Counted from the first letter of the stretch, positions 29,807-40,406 are shown. The stretch is 64,000 bases of DNA from an uncultured delta proteobacterium (GCA_963816145.1 CAWFJP010000011.1:224001-288000); one strand, 5' to 3'. Numbers and translations: made by a program. Notes: generated from the sequence alone by a model not told the origin.

Positions 29807-30598
29807 GTGAATGATTCCATGTACCAAACTCTGCAATATCGAGAAGACGGCGCGGTGGCGACCATTCGACTGAACCGGCCACAGAAAAAGAATTCATTCA
29901 ATGGCGAGATGCGCCAGGAGCTCGAGCAGGCGCTGCAAGCAATCGCGGACCAAACCGAATTACGAGCGGTGGTCATCACCGGCGGCGACGAGATTTTTTG
30001 CGCCGGCGCCGACATCGGCGAGATGGGCGGCGACCCCAACGCCGAATCCTCGTACCGCCACGCGCGCGAGTTCCAGATTCTGTTCGATCAAGTGGAGTCG
30101 CTGCCGCAACCGGTGATCGCCGCGGTGTCCGGTTATGCGCTCGGCGGCGGCTGCGAGTTGGCCTTGGCGGCGGATTTTCGTATCGCCTCGGAGAGCGCGC
30201 GCTTCGGTCTGCCGGAAATAAAAATCGGCGCCTTTCCCGGCGGCGGCGGGACGCAAAGATTGACCCGTTTGATCGGCGCCGCCAAAGCCAAAGAATTGAT
30301 CCTCCTCGGCGATCCGATCACGGCCGAGCAGGCGCTCGCTCTCGGCTTGGTGATGAAAGTCGCGCCCAAGGACAAGTACATGGCGGAAGCCATGGAACTC
30401 GCCGTCAAGCTCGCCGCCCTGCCCCGCCTGGCGCTGCAAGCCTCGAAAATGTTGATCAACCGCAGCCAGGATGTCGACCTGGCCACCGGCCTGGAGTTCG
30501 AAGCGCGCACCTTCGGCGCCATCGCGCACTCACATGATTTGGCCGAGGGCACCCGAGCGTTTTTGGAAAAGCGTAAGCCTAATTTCACCGGCCATTGA
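29807..30598 (+). CDS. Enoyl-CoA hydratase (crotonase)
   Basis: FCAGADI, GGGCELALAADFRIA, PEIKIG.FPGGGGTQRL. Confidence 0.9.
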   Translation: MNDSMYQTLQYREDGAVATIRLNRPQKKNSFNGEMRQELEQALQAIADQTELRAVVITGGDEIFCAGADIGEMGGDPNAESSYRHAREFQILFDQVESLPQPVIAAVSGYALGGGCELALAADFRIASESARFGLPEIKIGAFPGGGGTQRLTRLIGAAKAKELILLGDPITAEQALALGLVMKVAPKDKYMAEAMELAVKLAALPRLALQASKMLINRSQDVDLATGLEFEARTFGAIAHSHDLAEGTRAFLEKRKPNFTGH

Positions 30599-30657
30599 AA
30601 GCGCCGGCAGAGAAGTTACCGTCAGGACAATACCATCAATCGGAGGATACCCAGAGC

Positions 30658-31453
30658 ATGACCTACAACAGCTTCGTTTTCGAAAACAACGACGGCGTGG
30701 CGACGATCAGACTGAACGACCCGGAGCATCTCAACGCGCTGACCTTCCAAGTCTATGGCGATCTGGAAAAGATCTTCGCCGAATTCGCTCATGACACGTC
30801 GGTCAAGGTCGTTGTCTTGACCGGCACCGGCAAAGGTTTTTGCTCCGGCGGCCGGGTCGACGACATCATCGGCCCGCTGCTGAAAATGAAAGGCGACGAG
30901 CTCTACAAGTTTACGCGCATGACCTGCAACGTCGTCAAGAACATGCGCAACTTGAAAAAGCCCATCATCGCCGCGGTCAACGGCATCGCCGCCGGCGCCG
31001 GCGCCATGTTGATGCTGGCGTCCGATCTGCGGATTTTTTCCGACAAGGCGCGCGCCGCTTTTCTCTTTGTCAAAGTCGGCTTGTCCGGCGCCGACATGGG
31101 CGCGCTCTACCTGCTGCCGAGGATCGTTGGCCTGGGCAAAGCCACCGAGCTGGTCTACTTCGGCGATACCATCGACGCCCAGGAAGCCCACCGCATCGGC
31201 TTGGCCAATCGCGTCGTCGCCGGCGAGACCTTAATGGAGGAAGCTTACAAGTGGGCCAATCGCCTGAAAGACGGGCCTTTGTACGGGCTCGGCGTCACTA
31301 AAGAGCTGCTCGAATACGAGGCCAACGTGAATTTGGAAACGGCCTTGGAAATGGAAGCAGCCGCGCAGGCGCGCTGCATGGAGACGCCCGGATTTTATCG
31401 AGGGCTACAACGCGTTTGTCGAAAAGCGACCGCTGCGCTTTAACCGCGGCTGA
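30658..31453 (+). CDS. Crotonase-family protein, AbmC/PRK08258-like; +1 frameshift ~31389
   Basis: FCSGG.V.DIIGPL.KM, FTRMT, FLFVKVGLSGADMGA. The repaired end is ETPDFIEGYNAFVEKRPLRFNRG*. Confidence 0.8.
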
Positions 31454-31476
31454 GAGCGGCACAGGAGGAAAACAAC

Positions 31477-31926
31477 ATGGCAAAAAATATTCACATCAGA
31501 AGCCTCGAAAAAGGCGATCTGGCGGCGATCGTCAACATGGAAGAACGCCAAACCGGCGTAGCCCGGCTCGACTATTGGGAGAAGCGGTTCGAAATCTCCG
31601 AAGCCATAAGGCCGCACTGGGCATCACTTGTCGCCGAATTCGATAACCGGGTCGTCGGATTTATCCTGGGCCGGGCCGGTGAACAGGAATTCGGGCTGCC
31701 TGGTACGGTGGCATGGGTCGAGATGATCGGTGTCGATCCAGCCTACCGCCGTCGCGGCGTTGCCGAAGAGCTGATGGAGCAATTCACCGAGTCGGCTGAA
31801 GACCACGGCATTAAGACCATCTTCACGTTGATCGATCCGAACCGATCTGATTTGCAGCATTTTTTCAGCAAGCTCGGTTTCGAGCACGGCAAGATGGTGC
31901 ACTATCAGAAGGATCTGTCGACCTAA
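31477..31926 (+). CDS. GNAT acetyltransferase (BadL-like)
   Basis: VVGFILG, IGVDPAYRRRGVA, FFSKLGF; located in a bcr cluster. Confidence 0.8.
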   Translation: MAKNIHIRSLEKGDLAAIVNMEERQTGVARLDYWEKRFEISEAIRPHWASLVAEFDNRVVGFILGRAGEQEFGLPGTVAWVEMIGVDPAYRRRGVAEELMEQFTESAEDHGIKTIFTLIDPNRSDLQHFFSKLGFEHGKMVHYQKDLST

Positions 31927-31971
31927 CTCGGCATCGTTGCGGGCTCACCGCCGAGTAAAAGGAATCAACCG

Positions 31972-33123
31972 ATGGATTTCGAATTGTCGGAGGAATTGGC
32001 CGAAGTACAAAAACTGGCCCGCGACTTTAGCGAAAAGGAAATCGCCCCCAATGCCGCCAAGGACGATCGGGAACATATCTTTCGCCGAGATCTCGTCAGC
32101 AAAATGGGCGAGCTCGGCTTTTATGGCTGTCTGATTCCAGAGGAATATGGCGGCAATGGCCTGGGCTTTCTCGCCCACGCGCTGATCTCCGAAGAAATCG
32201 GCCGGGTCCATAGCGCCATCCGGGTTTACTTGAACATGCAAGCCGGGCCGGCGGTCACACTCTACGAGTTCGGCAATGAAACCCAGAAGAAAACTCATCT
32301 GCCCAAGCTATTGAGCGGCGCAACCAATGGCTTATTCGCCATCACCGAACCCGATGCCGGTTCGGATGTCGCGGCGATGAAAACCACCGCCAAGCGCGAT
32401 GGCAGCAGTTATATCCTCAACGGCACGAAGATCTGGATCACCAATGCAACCGTGGCCGACTTCGGCGTGATCTTCGCTTACACCGATCGCGCCCAGAAAC
32501 ATCGCGGCATGTCGGCTTTCTACGCCGACTTGAATCAACCGGGGGTGAGCCGGCGCGAACTCGACAAGCTGGGTGCCCACGCCTCACCGACCGGTGAATT
32601 GACCTTCGAGAATTTCCGGATTCCGGTGGAAAATTTAATCGGCCAGGAAGGCGACGGCTTCAAGATCTGTATGCGCCACTTGAATCACACGCGCCTGGGC
32701 TGTGCCGCCGGCGCCGTCGGTCTCGCCACGGCGGCGCGCGAGGCCGCGGTGAGCTACGCCAACCAGCGCGAGCAGTTCGGCCAGAAAATCGGCCAGTTTC
32801 AAATGAATCAGGATCTGATTGCGCAAATGGTCGTGCAGGAAGAAGCGGCGCGCTTGTTGGTTTATCGCGCGGCATGCCTCGCCGATCGCGGCCGACCCTA
32901 CAACTTGGAAGCCTCCATGGCGAAATACGCTGCCGCCGAAGCGGCGGCGTTCTGCGCGGACAACGCGCTCAAGATACTCGGCGCCTATGGCTACTCGACA
33001 GAATTTCCCGTTGAGCGTTACTATCGCGACGCCAAGTCCTATCAGATCGTCGAAGGCTCAGTGAACATTCAAAAGCTCATCATTGGCCAGGACGCCTTGG
33101 GTTATCGCAAGGCGAACCGATGA
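31972..33123 (+). CDS. Acyl-CoA dehydrogenase (glutaryl-/cyclohexanecarboxyl-CoA DH-like)
   Basis: TEPDAGSD, NGTKIWITN, REQFG, ERYYRDAK..QIVEG. Confidence 0.9.
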   Translation: MDFELSEELAEVQKLARDFSEKEIAPNAAKDDREHIFRRDLVSKMGELGFYGCLIPEEYGGNGLGFLAHALISEEIGRVHSAIRVYLNMQAGPAVTLYEFGNETQKKTHLPKLLSGATNGLFAITEPDAGSDVAAMKTTAKRDGSSYILNGTKIWITNATVADFGVIFAYTDRAQKHRGMSAFYADLNQPGVSRRELDKLGAHASPTGELTFENFRIPVENLIGQEGDGFKICMRHLNHTRLGCAAGAVGLATAAREAAVSYANQREQFGQKIGQFQMNQDLIAQMVVQEEAARLLVYRAACLADRGRPYNLEASMAKYAAAEAAAFCADNALKILGAYGYSTEFPVERYYRDAKSYQIVEGSVNIQKLIIGQDALGYRKANR

Positions 33124-33231
33124 ACCTGTCGGCTGGTCTGCCTTTGCAGGGACAATGATCTTATTCATTTTGCGGGATGTGCTTTCAATTCCTTAGAGAA
33201 GAAAGCGTCGGTTGATTGCGCCGCTGTTCAA

Positions 33232-33480
33232 TCAGTTGCCAGAAAGCTGGTGCGGTTTCAAAAACGATATCCTGCCAAACTTTTCCTTCAACCCCACCAA
33301 AACCGCGGCTGGTTTACCATGCCGAGTTACTATCACCCTTTCGGATTGCCAGAGATCTACACGCTCTTTGACGTTTTTCTGAAGGTCACCCGCGATTACG
33401 CTTTTCATAGTACGTCCTCTGTCTTCTTTGCCGATGGTTTTCGCCGCGTTCGGAGATAGAACGACCAGTATCTTCCGCCG
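33232..33480 (-). pseudogene. Decayed type II toxin-antitoxin module (RelE-like toxin tail + Phd/YefM antitoxin)
   Basis: Antitoxin from 33408: MKSVIAGDLQKNVKERVD...VIVTRHGKPAAVLVG. An upstream tail RRKPSAKKTEDVL* overlaps its ATG. Confidence 0.6.
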
Positions 33481-33965
33481 CATAATGCGGGTCATTTAAT
33501 CGTTAGGCGTCGCTCGCGCACACTGAGAAATGAAGCCGAGTAACCAAGCTGAATGGCCACACTCAGCCGCCAACTCAAAGAAGCCTGTAACATCACCGGC
33601 ACCCCCCGTCTTTCCGCATGAGCTGCGCCGCCCTTCGCGGTCGCTGAGCTTGGGGTCTTTAGACCGACAAACCAGCGGTCGGCGGCAATTGTTGAACGAA
33701 AGGGAGCGATGACCGAAGGGATTCCCACCGCTTTCCGTGATCTACGATGGGAGCCTACGAACGAGCAGGAAGTTGTCATGCTTTTCAGGCGGTTACTTGG
33801 CTGACTGAAAAGACTACCGCTACATACTCCGACCTGGCGTGGGCGTCCGTGCTTGCTACATGGCCTCAGCGCTTTTGCCGTGGACAGGTTTTGGGCACTT
33901 TTTCGGATTTTCCGCAAAATGGCCGGAAACGCGCATTCAAAGTTGCTAAATTTGCAGGGAAAGTT

Positions 33966-34040
<75 letters not shown>

Positions 34041-34178
34041 TCAGGTCAGGGTAGTTGAGCGTTCAAACTGTATGGAATTGCTACTGGGTTGTCAACGCGG
34101 AGCGAAAGTTAAATCACCATGCCATTTTACGCGTGCGCTAAGCCAAGATTACGACAGCCGTCGCGTCTCAAGAAAACT

Positions 34179-34991
34179 CTAGGCATGCGCCGATTTGCCA
34201 CGCAGCAGTGCGAGGAGGTCGGCGGGCGCCATTTTTGAAACTAATATACAAACAACGTTGCCTTCTTGGTGCAGCACCGCGTTGATCCCGTCCTGCGAAA
34301 ACGAGAAGAAATTGAGTTTCATGTCGGCATCGAAAAAGCGCTCGGCGCTCTTGGGAGCGTCGGCTTCAGTGCCGAGAAAAGTAAAGCAGGTGATCGCCGG
34401 CCCACCGCCTTGATAAACGGTCACGAGCACTTCGCGATCGCCGACCTTCTGGACGAAACCCGAAACCGGATAGAGTTTCATCATCGACAAATCTAATACG
34501 ATCGGCGCGAACCGGTTGCCTACCGCCCGTGAAAGCCCCTGGCGCAGGCGATTGGCGTCATCGTAACGCACCAGCGTCGTCTTGCCGCGGAGCAGATTGC
34601 GATGGCTCTCGAGGGCAGCCATGCCGAGATTCTGCTGCGGCGCTCTGACATAGAAAATAGTCGCGATGCCGATGACTAATAGCGCCACGGCAACCGCCGG
34701 CCGCCAACTGCGCAAGTTAAGCCATACGGCAAAGCCGCCGTCGGCTTTCCCAGCCGTGGCAGCCCGGCGCGACGCTATGGCGTTTTCAATCTCCCGGCGC
34801 AACGCCGCCGGTGCGACGACTTCTCGCTGCACCGCCTTGATCTGTTGTTTAAGGCGGTATTCCGCCGCCATGGCCCGCCGGCAAGGCTCGCAACTCTTAA
34901 GATGCGCTTCGAGGGTGCTTTGCTCCGCGGCGTTCAGTTCATTATCCAGTCGAGCCGTGATCAGTTCTTGGGCCTGCTCGCAACGCATCAT
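34179..34991 (-). CDS. Anti-sigma factor (zf-HC2, single TM)
   Basis: MRCEQ...HLKSCEPC; a TM helix; directly downstream of the ECF sigma. Confidence 0.85.
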   Translation of the reverse strand: MMRCEQAQELITARLDNELNAAEQSTLEAHLKSCEPCRRAMAAEYRLKQQIKAVQREVVAPAALRREIENAIASRRAATAGKADGGFAVWLNLRSWRPAVAVALLVIGIATIFYVRAPQQNLGMAALESHRNLLRGKTTLVRYDDANRLRQGLSRAVGNRFAPIVLDLSMMKLYPVSGFVQKVGDREVLVTVYQGGGPAITCFTFLGTEADAPKSAERFFDADMKLNFFSFSQDGINAVLHQEGNVVCILVSKMAPADLLALLRGKSAHA

Positions 34992-35562
34992 CTATCGATC
35001 CGATCCGGTTCTGCCTAAATAACCGCTCAATTGTTTTTGCAAAAGCCGGCGCCCGCGCGACAATCGCGACCGTACCGTGCCGATGGGGCAGGAAAGAATC
35101 TCCGCCGCTTCCGCATAAGTCAAAGTCGCCCATGTCGACGAGCAGGATCGGCGCGCGAAACTCCTCGGGGATTCCCTTGAGAGCGATGCCGATCTTGGCC
35201 CCGAGCTCGCGATCGAGTATCTGCACCTCGGGACCCGGACCGTCGCCGCCATAAGCCTCCCAAAAGTCAGCGCTGTCCGTACCGTCGACGAGATCTTCAG
35301 TGGCGACCGTGCGCTTGTTGCGGGCGTAGGAGTCATAAAAAAAATTGTAGAGAATTCTTGTCAGCCAGGCCTTCATGTTGCTGCCGGGCAGGAACTGCCC
35401 CTGCGAGCTCAGTGCTCGCGTGCAGGTCTCTTGGACGCAATCCTTAGCCTCATCTACGTTGCGCACCAGATGGATGGCGACGCGGTACAGATGATCGAGG
35501 TGCGTTAGGATCTCCGTAGCGAAAGGGTCGCGCGCGGGATTACGGCTGTCGGCGGCGCTCAC
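34992..35562 (-). CDS. ECF sigma-70 factor; +1 frameshift ~35122
   Basis: [25 protein letters not shown]; then [24 protein letters not shown]. Confidence 0.85.
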
Positions 35563-35702
35563 GGCCCAGCCAGTGTAACCAAGAGTATAGATGCTGTCCA
35601 ATCGATTGCCTCCCTTCGTCAACGAATCAAGCGAATCAAAAGTTCCCTAAAGAGAGGGCTAACGCTTGCGGTCGCTGCCACAGCTGTCTTATGTTGGCGG
35701 CC

Positions 35703-36647
35703 ATGAAGTACCGGACTCTCGGCAAAACCGGCTTGCGCGTCAGCACCATCGGTCTCGGCACCATGGTGCACGCCGGCCATTTCGGCCCCATGAAAGACTC
35801 AGAATCTTTGAGCGCCATCGAAACCGCCATCGAACTCGGCGTCAATTTTATCGATACCTCGGATGCTTACGGCGCCGGTTATTCGGAATCACTGTTGGGC
35901 AAGGCGCTCAAGGGCAGGCGCGATCAAGTGATTATCGCCACCAAAGGCGGCAACGTCATGGTGGGCCCCAACCGCGGCAAGAGAAACTTCGATCCCGAGT
36001 ATATCAGCCGGGTGATGGACGAAAGCTTGCAACGGCTGCAAATCGACACCATCGATCTTTACCAGCTGCATAATCCGACTGTCGACGTCATCGAGCGCGG
36101 CGCAGTCTGGGAAGTCTTGGAGCGCGCCAAACAAGCCGGCAAGATCCGCCACTACGGCGTGTCGATCAACACCATGGAAGAAGGCATCGCCGCGGTCAAA
36201 GACGGCCGCGCCGAAACAATCCAGGTCGAATACAACCTGCTCGCCCAGGAGCCGGCCGAGAAAATCTTCCCCCTGGCGCATCAGGCCAATATCGGCATCA
36301 TCGCCCGCGTGCCGCTGCGCCGGGGCATTCTGACCGGTAAAATGACCGTCGCCGATGAACAAAGATTTCAAGGTGAGGATTTACGCGCGCGCAGTTTCAA
36401 AGGCGAGGCGTTCGTCAAAGAGCTGGCCAAGGCCGATGAATTGCGCTTTCTCGTCCATGGCGGGGCGAAGACTTTAGGCCAGGCCGCGATCGCTTTCTGT
36501 ATCGCGCACCCGGCCGTCAGCGTCGTTATCCCCGGCGCGCGCAATGCCGAGCAGATGCGCGAAAACGGTGCTGCTGCGGACATAGAAATCCCCACCGCCG
36601 ACCTGGCGCGCATCGCCGAGCTATGGCGCCACGGCTTCGCGGACTAA
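35703..36647 (+). CDS. Aldo/keto reductase
   Basis: LGKTGLRVSTIGLG, FIDTSDAYG, IATKGG, IDLYQLH. Confidence 0.92.
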   Translation: MKYRTLGKTGLRVSTIGLGTMVHAGHFGPMKDSESLSAIETAIELGVNFIDTSDAYGAGYSESLLGKALKGRRDQVIIATKGGNVMVGPNRGKRNFDPEYISRVMDESLQRLQIDTIDLYQLHNPTVDVIERGAVWEVLERAKQAGKIRHYGVSINTMEEGIAAVKDGRAETIQVEYNLLAQEPAEKIFPLAHQANIGIIARVPLRRGILTGKMTVADEQRFQGEDLRARSFKGEAFVKELAKADELRFLVHGGAKTLGQAAIAFCIAHPAVSVVIPGARNAEQMRENGAAADIEIPTADLARIAELWRHGFAD

Positions 36648-36710
36648 TTTTTTAGCTTTGATGCTTCAGAGCTTTGTGTGAATCAATCGTGTCGCTCAGT
36701 TTAGTTGCGT

Positions 36711-36781
36711 CACCACGAAGGACACGAAGGGTTCGGACAATTTAAACTCCGAACTTCGTGCTCTTCGTGTCCTTCGTGGTG
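36711..36781. repeat. 9-mer-based long palindrome
   Basis: CACCACGAAGGACACGAAG...CTTCGTGTCCTTCGTGGTG. Confidence 0.75.
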
Positions 36782-36836
36782 CAGACTTTTGTCACAGTAA
36801 ACCCGGGAAAACCACTTTTTGAATGGGAGTAATATC

Positions 36837-37658
36837 ATGGAACGGACCCTCGCCGCCTGGCCCAATAACCAGAAACTAGTCGTCATGGTGACGATCATGT
36901 TCGAGGTCTGGTCCGACGGCAAGGCGCCGCCCTACTCGCCAATGACGACGTCCCTCAAATCCGGCACGCCCGACCTGTTGGGCATTTCCTGGTCGCAGTA
37001 TGGCGGCAAAACCGGCATCTGGCGCTTCCTGCGCATCCTCGACGAAACGCAAATTAAAGCGACGGTCTGCTTGAATGCCAAAGGCGCCGAACTGTTTCCC
37101 GACGCGGTCAAAGAAGCTCACCGGCGCGGCCATGAAATCGCCGGCCACTCATACACCCAGGATCTGGTTTTGCCCTATCTATCGGCGGCGGAAGAACGGG
37201 AAGTGATTCAGCGCTGCAAGCGCATCATTACCGATACGGTCGGGGTCACTCCCGTCGGATGGTTCAGCCCGGTGGCGGCGCCGACGGTAAACACCGCGCG
37301 CTTTCTCGCCGAAGAAGGCTTTATCTGGCATGGCGACTACAACGACAGCGACCTGCCCTATGTCCTGGAAACCGGCAACGGCCGGCTAGTCGCCCTGGCC
37401 CATAGCGACTTCACCGACAACCGCACACTGCGCTCCAGCCCGCGCGACTTCTACAACGTTTATAAAGACACCTTCGACTATCTCTACAAACACGAAGCGC
37501 CGTCGCTGCTCAATTTGACCATGCACTGTCACTTCGGCGGCCGGCCGATGATGTCGGCGATGCTGCACGAACTGCTCCATTACATGAAAGGCTTCCCCGA
37601 CGTCTGGTTCGCGCGCCACGATGAAGTCGCGCGCTGGGTGCTCAGTCAGTCAAAGTGA
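36837..37658 (+). CDS. Polysaccharide deacetylase / PuuE-like hydrolase
   Basis: YGGKTGIWRFL, GHEIAGHSYTQD, HCHFGGRP, VWFARHDEVA. Confidence 0.82.
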   Translation: MERTLAAWPNNQKLVVMVTIMFEVWSDGKAPPYSPMTTSLKSGTPDLLGISWSQYGGKTGIWRFLRILDETQIKATVCLNAKGAELFPDAVKEAHRRGHEIAGHSYTQDLVLPYLSAAEEREVIQRCKRIITDTVGVTPVGWFSPVAAPTVNTARFLAEEGFIWHGDYNDSDLPYVLETGNGRLVALAHSDFTDNRTLRSSPRDFYNVYKDTFDYLYKHEAPSLLNLTMHCHFGGRPMMSAMLHELLHYMKGFPDVWFARHDEVARWVLSQSK

Positions 37659-37660
37659 AT

Positions 37661-38704
37661 TCAGAACTCGATGCCGAGTCCCTGAGACCGCGCCAAAGTG
37701 AATACTTTGCTGGCGATGGCGACATCGGCGATTCCCTGGCCGGCGTTGTTTTTGAACAGCGTGATCTGTTTCGCACCGACGCGACCCGGAATGGTACCGT
37801 TAAGCAGCGCACCGAGTTCCCCGACTCGCTCCCAAGTCAAGAAACCCGCCTGCACTGGATCGTAAAGATCTCCCTGCTCGTCTTGAATCGCTTGCTCTAA
37901 TGAGTTGACGACGATCACATCGGAACGTCGAATCGTCGCATCGTCCAATTCACGCCGCTTTGCCGCTGCGATACCCGCTTTGACCAAACCGACATTGCCG
38001 CCCATGATCGAGGTCACGTGGGTTCCCGGCTGTAACCACTCGCCGTCAAATACCGCCACGTTGGAGTTGGTTGCAGTCAACACAACATCGGAATCCACCA
38101 CCGCATGCTTCGCGCTGGTTACGGGTCGCAACTCGCAGGGAACGATCTTTTCCATCATGCGGCAGAAATCGCTGCGGGTCGAATCTGTGCGGCAGAAAAC
38201 CTTAACCCGCTTAAACTGTCGGACCTTGGAAAATGCCAACAAATGATATTTGGCCTCGCCGCCGGCGCCGAGAATGCCGAGAGTCGACGAATCAGCGCGC
38301 GCCAGTGCGCGCGTGCCCACCGCGCTCGTCGCAGCCGTACGCATGGGCGTCGGCCGCTCCGCCTCAATCTCGGCGACACCGATTCTGCCGACGATCATGC
38401 CCATGAGCGAAGCGTCTTTGGCGTCGAACAAGACCGTTACCGGTCCGCCCATGTTGTGGTAGGTCTGCACTTCCCTGGTGACCGCGACATGTTCAGCATG
38501 GGCGAGCACGCCAATCCCGCCGAGGCTGGGCACGCCGCCGGGATGAACGCTGACGCGGACACCTCCCGGCGTAGTAATGCGACGGCGCGGCGCGTTCAGC
38601 TCCGGACTCTTGCCGAACTCACGGAACCCGGACTCTACAGCGTTGATCGCCGCATCCATGGTCAAGAGACCGATTGCATCTTCTGCACGAATCAGGAAAG
38701 CCAT
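37661..38704 (-). CDS. Ornithine cyclodeaminase/mu-crystallin family protein
   Basis: RTAATSAVG, LGILGAG, DVVLTATNS, ITLFKN..GQGIAD. Confidence 0.88.
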   Translation of the reverse strand: MAFLIRAEDAIGLLTMDAAINAVESGFREFGKSPELNAPRRRITTPGGVRVSVHPGGVPSLGGIGVLAHAEHVAVTREVQTYHNMGGPVTVLFDAKDASLMGMIVGRIGVAEIEAERPTPMRTAATSAVGTRALARADSSTLGILGAGGEAKYHLLAFSKVRQFKRVKVFCRTDSTRSDFCRMMEKIVPCELRPVTSAKHAVVDSDVVLTATNSNVAVFDGEWLQPGTHVTSIMGGNVGLVKAGIAAAKRRELDDATIRRSDVIVVNSLEQAIQDEQGDLYDPVQAGFLTWERVGELGALLNGTIPGRVGAKQITLFKNNAGQGIADVAIASKVFTLARSQGLGIEF

Positions 38705-38820
38705 CGAACTACCTCCAAACACAAGAAACTCAGCTGTTACTACATCATCAATCCGTCCATTGACAAGAAACCTAGCCGTGCCTATCGTCTGTCAGGTTCT
38801 GAGCTAGCGGAGATTCACCA

Positions 38821-39846
38821 ATGCCAATTTCATCCCATTTATATCGCTCACTCACTGCGCCACTACTCGTCGTGTTTCTGCTAGCTTTGCGCCTGCCCGC
38901 CGCGGCGCAATCGGTCGATACCGAGGCGGCAAAAAAAGAAGGCAAAGTTGTTGTTTACGCTGCCGTGCCGCCGCAAACAATGAAAGTGATCAATGAGCCG
39001 TTTGAAAAAAAATATGGCATCAAGGTCGAGTACTGGCGTGCGTCGACGACCGGCATCTTGGAACGGGCCCTCAATGAATGGCGCGTCGGCACAGCGCCCT
39101 TCGATGTCGTCGAGGGTAACAAAGGGCCCCAATACATTCTCAAGACCGAAGGAGTTTTCGCCAAGTTTCAGCCGCCTTCGGCGGCCAAATATCCCAAGCA
39201 GTTTCTCGAGAACGACCAGCTTCTCACCCCTTGGCGCTTCAACCCGATCAGCATTCTATTTAATACCACCATGGTCCGCAAAGAGGACGCTCCTAAAAGT
39301 ATTCAAGAGCTGCTGTTGGCGAAATGGAAAGGTAAGATCACCATTCCCGACCCGGCGCGCCACACGACAACGGCGCAGTTTCTCGCCGATCTCGATAAGT
39401 ATGACGGCATCAAATGGCGCGAGTTCGCCAAGAGTTTGGCGCTACAAGAGCCGTTCTTGGTCGAATCCTTTGCGCCCATCGTCAACACCGTCATTAAAGG
39501 CGAGGCAGCGCTGGGCTTGACCTACTTGAAATATGTCGGCCAATATAAAGGCCCCATCGATTACGCCCGTTTGAACAAGTATCTCGCCGACGTAAATTAC
39601 CTGGGTCTTAGCCGCAAGGCTCCCCACGCCAACGCCGGACGGCTGTATATCGAGTACATCTGTTCGCTGGAGGGGCAAAAAGCGATGGCGGAAACCGCTG
39701 AATTTGTCCTTTACCCGCAAGTAGCGCCGAGCTTTAGCGGCGCCGACCAAGTGCCGCAGCGAACCGTTTTCATGGAAGAACCGACCGCGGAAGAGTTCAA
39801 AAAGCTGCGCGATGAAATGCGCCAGATCTTTCTCGACAACAAATAA
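38821..39846 (+). CDS. ABC transporter substrate-binding protein (Fe3+/thiamine-like)
   Basis: Signal peptide, AAKKEGKVVVY, APHANAGRLYIEY. Confidence 0.8.
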   Translation: MPISSHLYRSLTAPLLVVFLLALRLPAAAQSVDTEAAKKEGKVVVYAAVPPQTMKVINEPFEKKYGIKVEYWRASTTGILERALNEWRVGTAPFDVVEGNKGPQYILKTEGVFAKFQPPSAAKYPKQFLENDQLLTPWRFNPISILFNTTMVRKEDAPKSIQELLLAKWKGKITIPDPARHTTTAQFLADLDKYDGIKWREFAKSLALQEPFLVESFAPIVNTVIKGEAALGLTYLKYVGQYKGPIDYARLNKYLADVNYLGLSRKAPHANAGRLYIEYICSLEGQKAMAETAEFVLYPQVAPSFSGADQVPQRTVFMEEPTAEEFKKLRDEMRQIFLDNK

Positions 39847-39869
39847 TCACGGAGATCGCTAGCGGATCG

Positions 39870-40361
39870 CTAAAACTCACCGTGGAAAATGCCGCGTTGG
39901 CCGCGCGCCTCCTCGACCCCGACTTCCATGGCGCGAATCTTGGCGCCGTGAAATTGCGCTTTCACCTGCTGGCGAATCAGTTTCGCGACATGCTCGGCGA
40001 GCAATTCAGTGCTGGTGTTGGCTAGCGGCAAAAGAATCACATCGCTTTTCGGCAGAATAATTTTCTGCGCCTTGTAGCGGACTTCGATTTCCTTGGCGCG
40101 CCGATGCACGGCAAGATTCGGGCTGTTGTTTTGAATCATGGTGCGATGATCGAGAGAATCGCAGATGCGCTTAACCAGCGGCTTGAAGGCAATGAAGTCC
40201 AACACCACGCCGGCGCGGTCGAGTTCGCCTTCCAGCTTTACCGACACTTGATAGTTGTGCCCGTGCAGCGGTTCGCGCTTGCCGTTGGCAAAGATAAGAA
40301 AATGCGCCGAGGCGAAATTAAAATAATCTTTGGCGACTTCGATGGTGAAGGTGCGTGACAT
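39870..40361 (-). CDS. queD: 6-carboxytetrahydropterin synthase (QueD/PTPS family)
   Basis: FASAHF, LHGHNY, LDF, LDHR, TSTELLA. Confidence 0.8.
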   Translation of the reverse strand: MSRTFTIEVAKDYFNFASAHFLIFANGKREPLHGHNYQVSVKLEGELDRAGVVLDFIAFKPLVKRICDSLDHRTMIQNNSPNLAVHRRAKEIEVRYKAQKIILPKSDVILLPLANTSTELLAEHVAKLIRQQVKAQFHGAKIRAMEVGVEEARGQRGIFHGEF

Positions 40362-40377
40362 GGCCGCGAAGTTAACC

Positions 40378-40406
40378 AAAAGCCGCGATCCTTTCAAGCC
40401 GCGGCT
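40378..40406 (-). terminator. Intrinsic terminator-like hairpin upstream of queD
   Basis: Minus strand AGCCGCG...CGCGGCT followed by a short T-tract. Confidence 0.55.
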
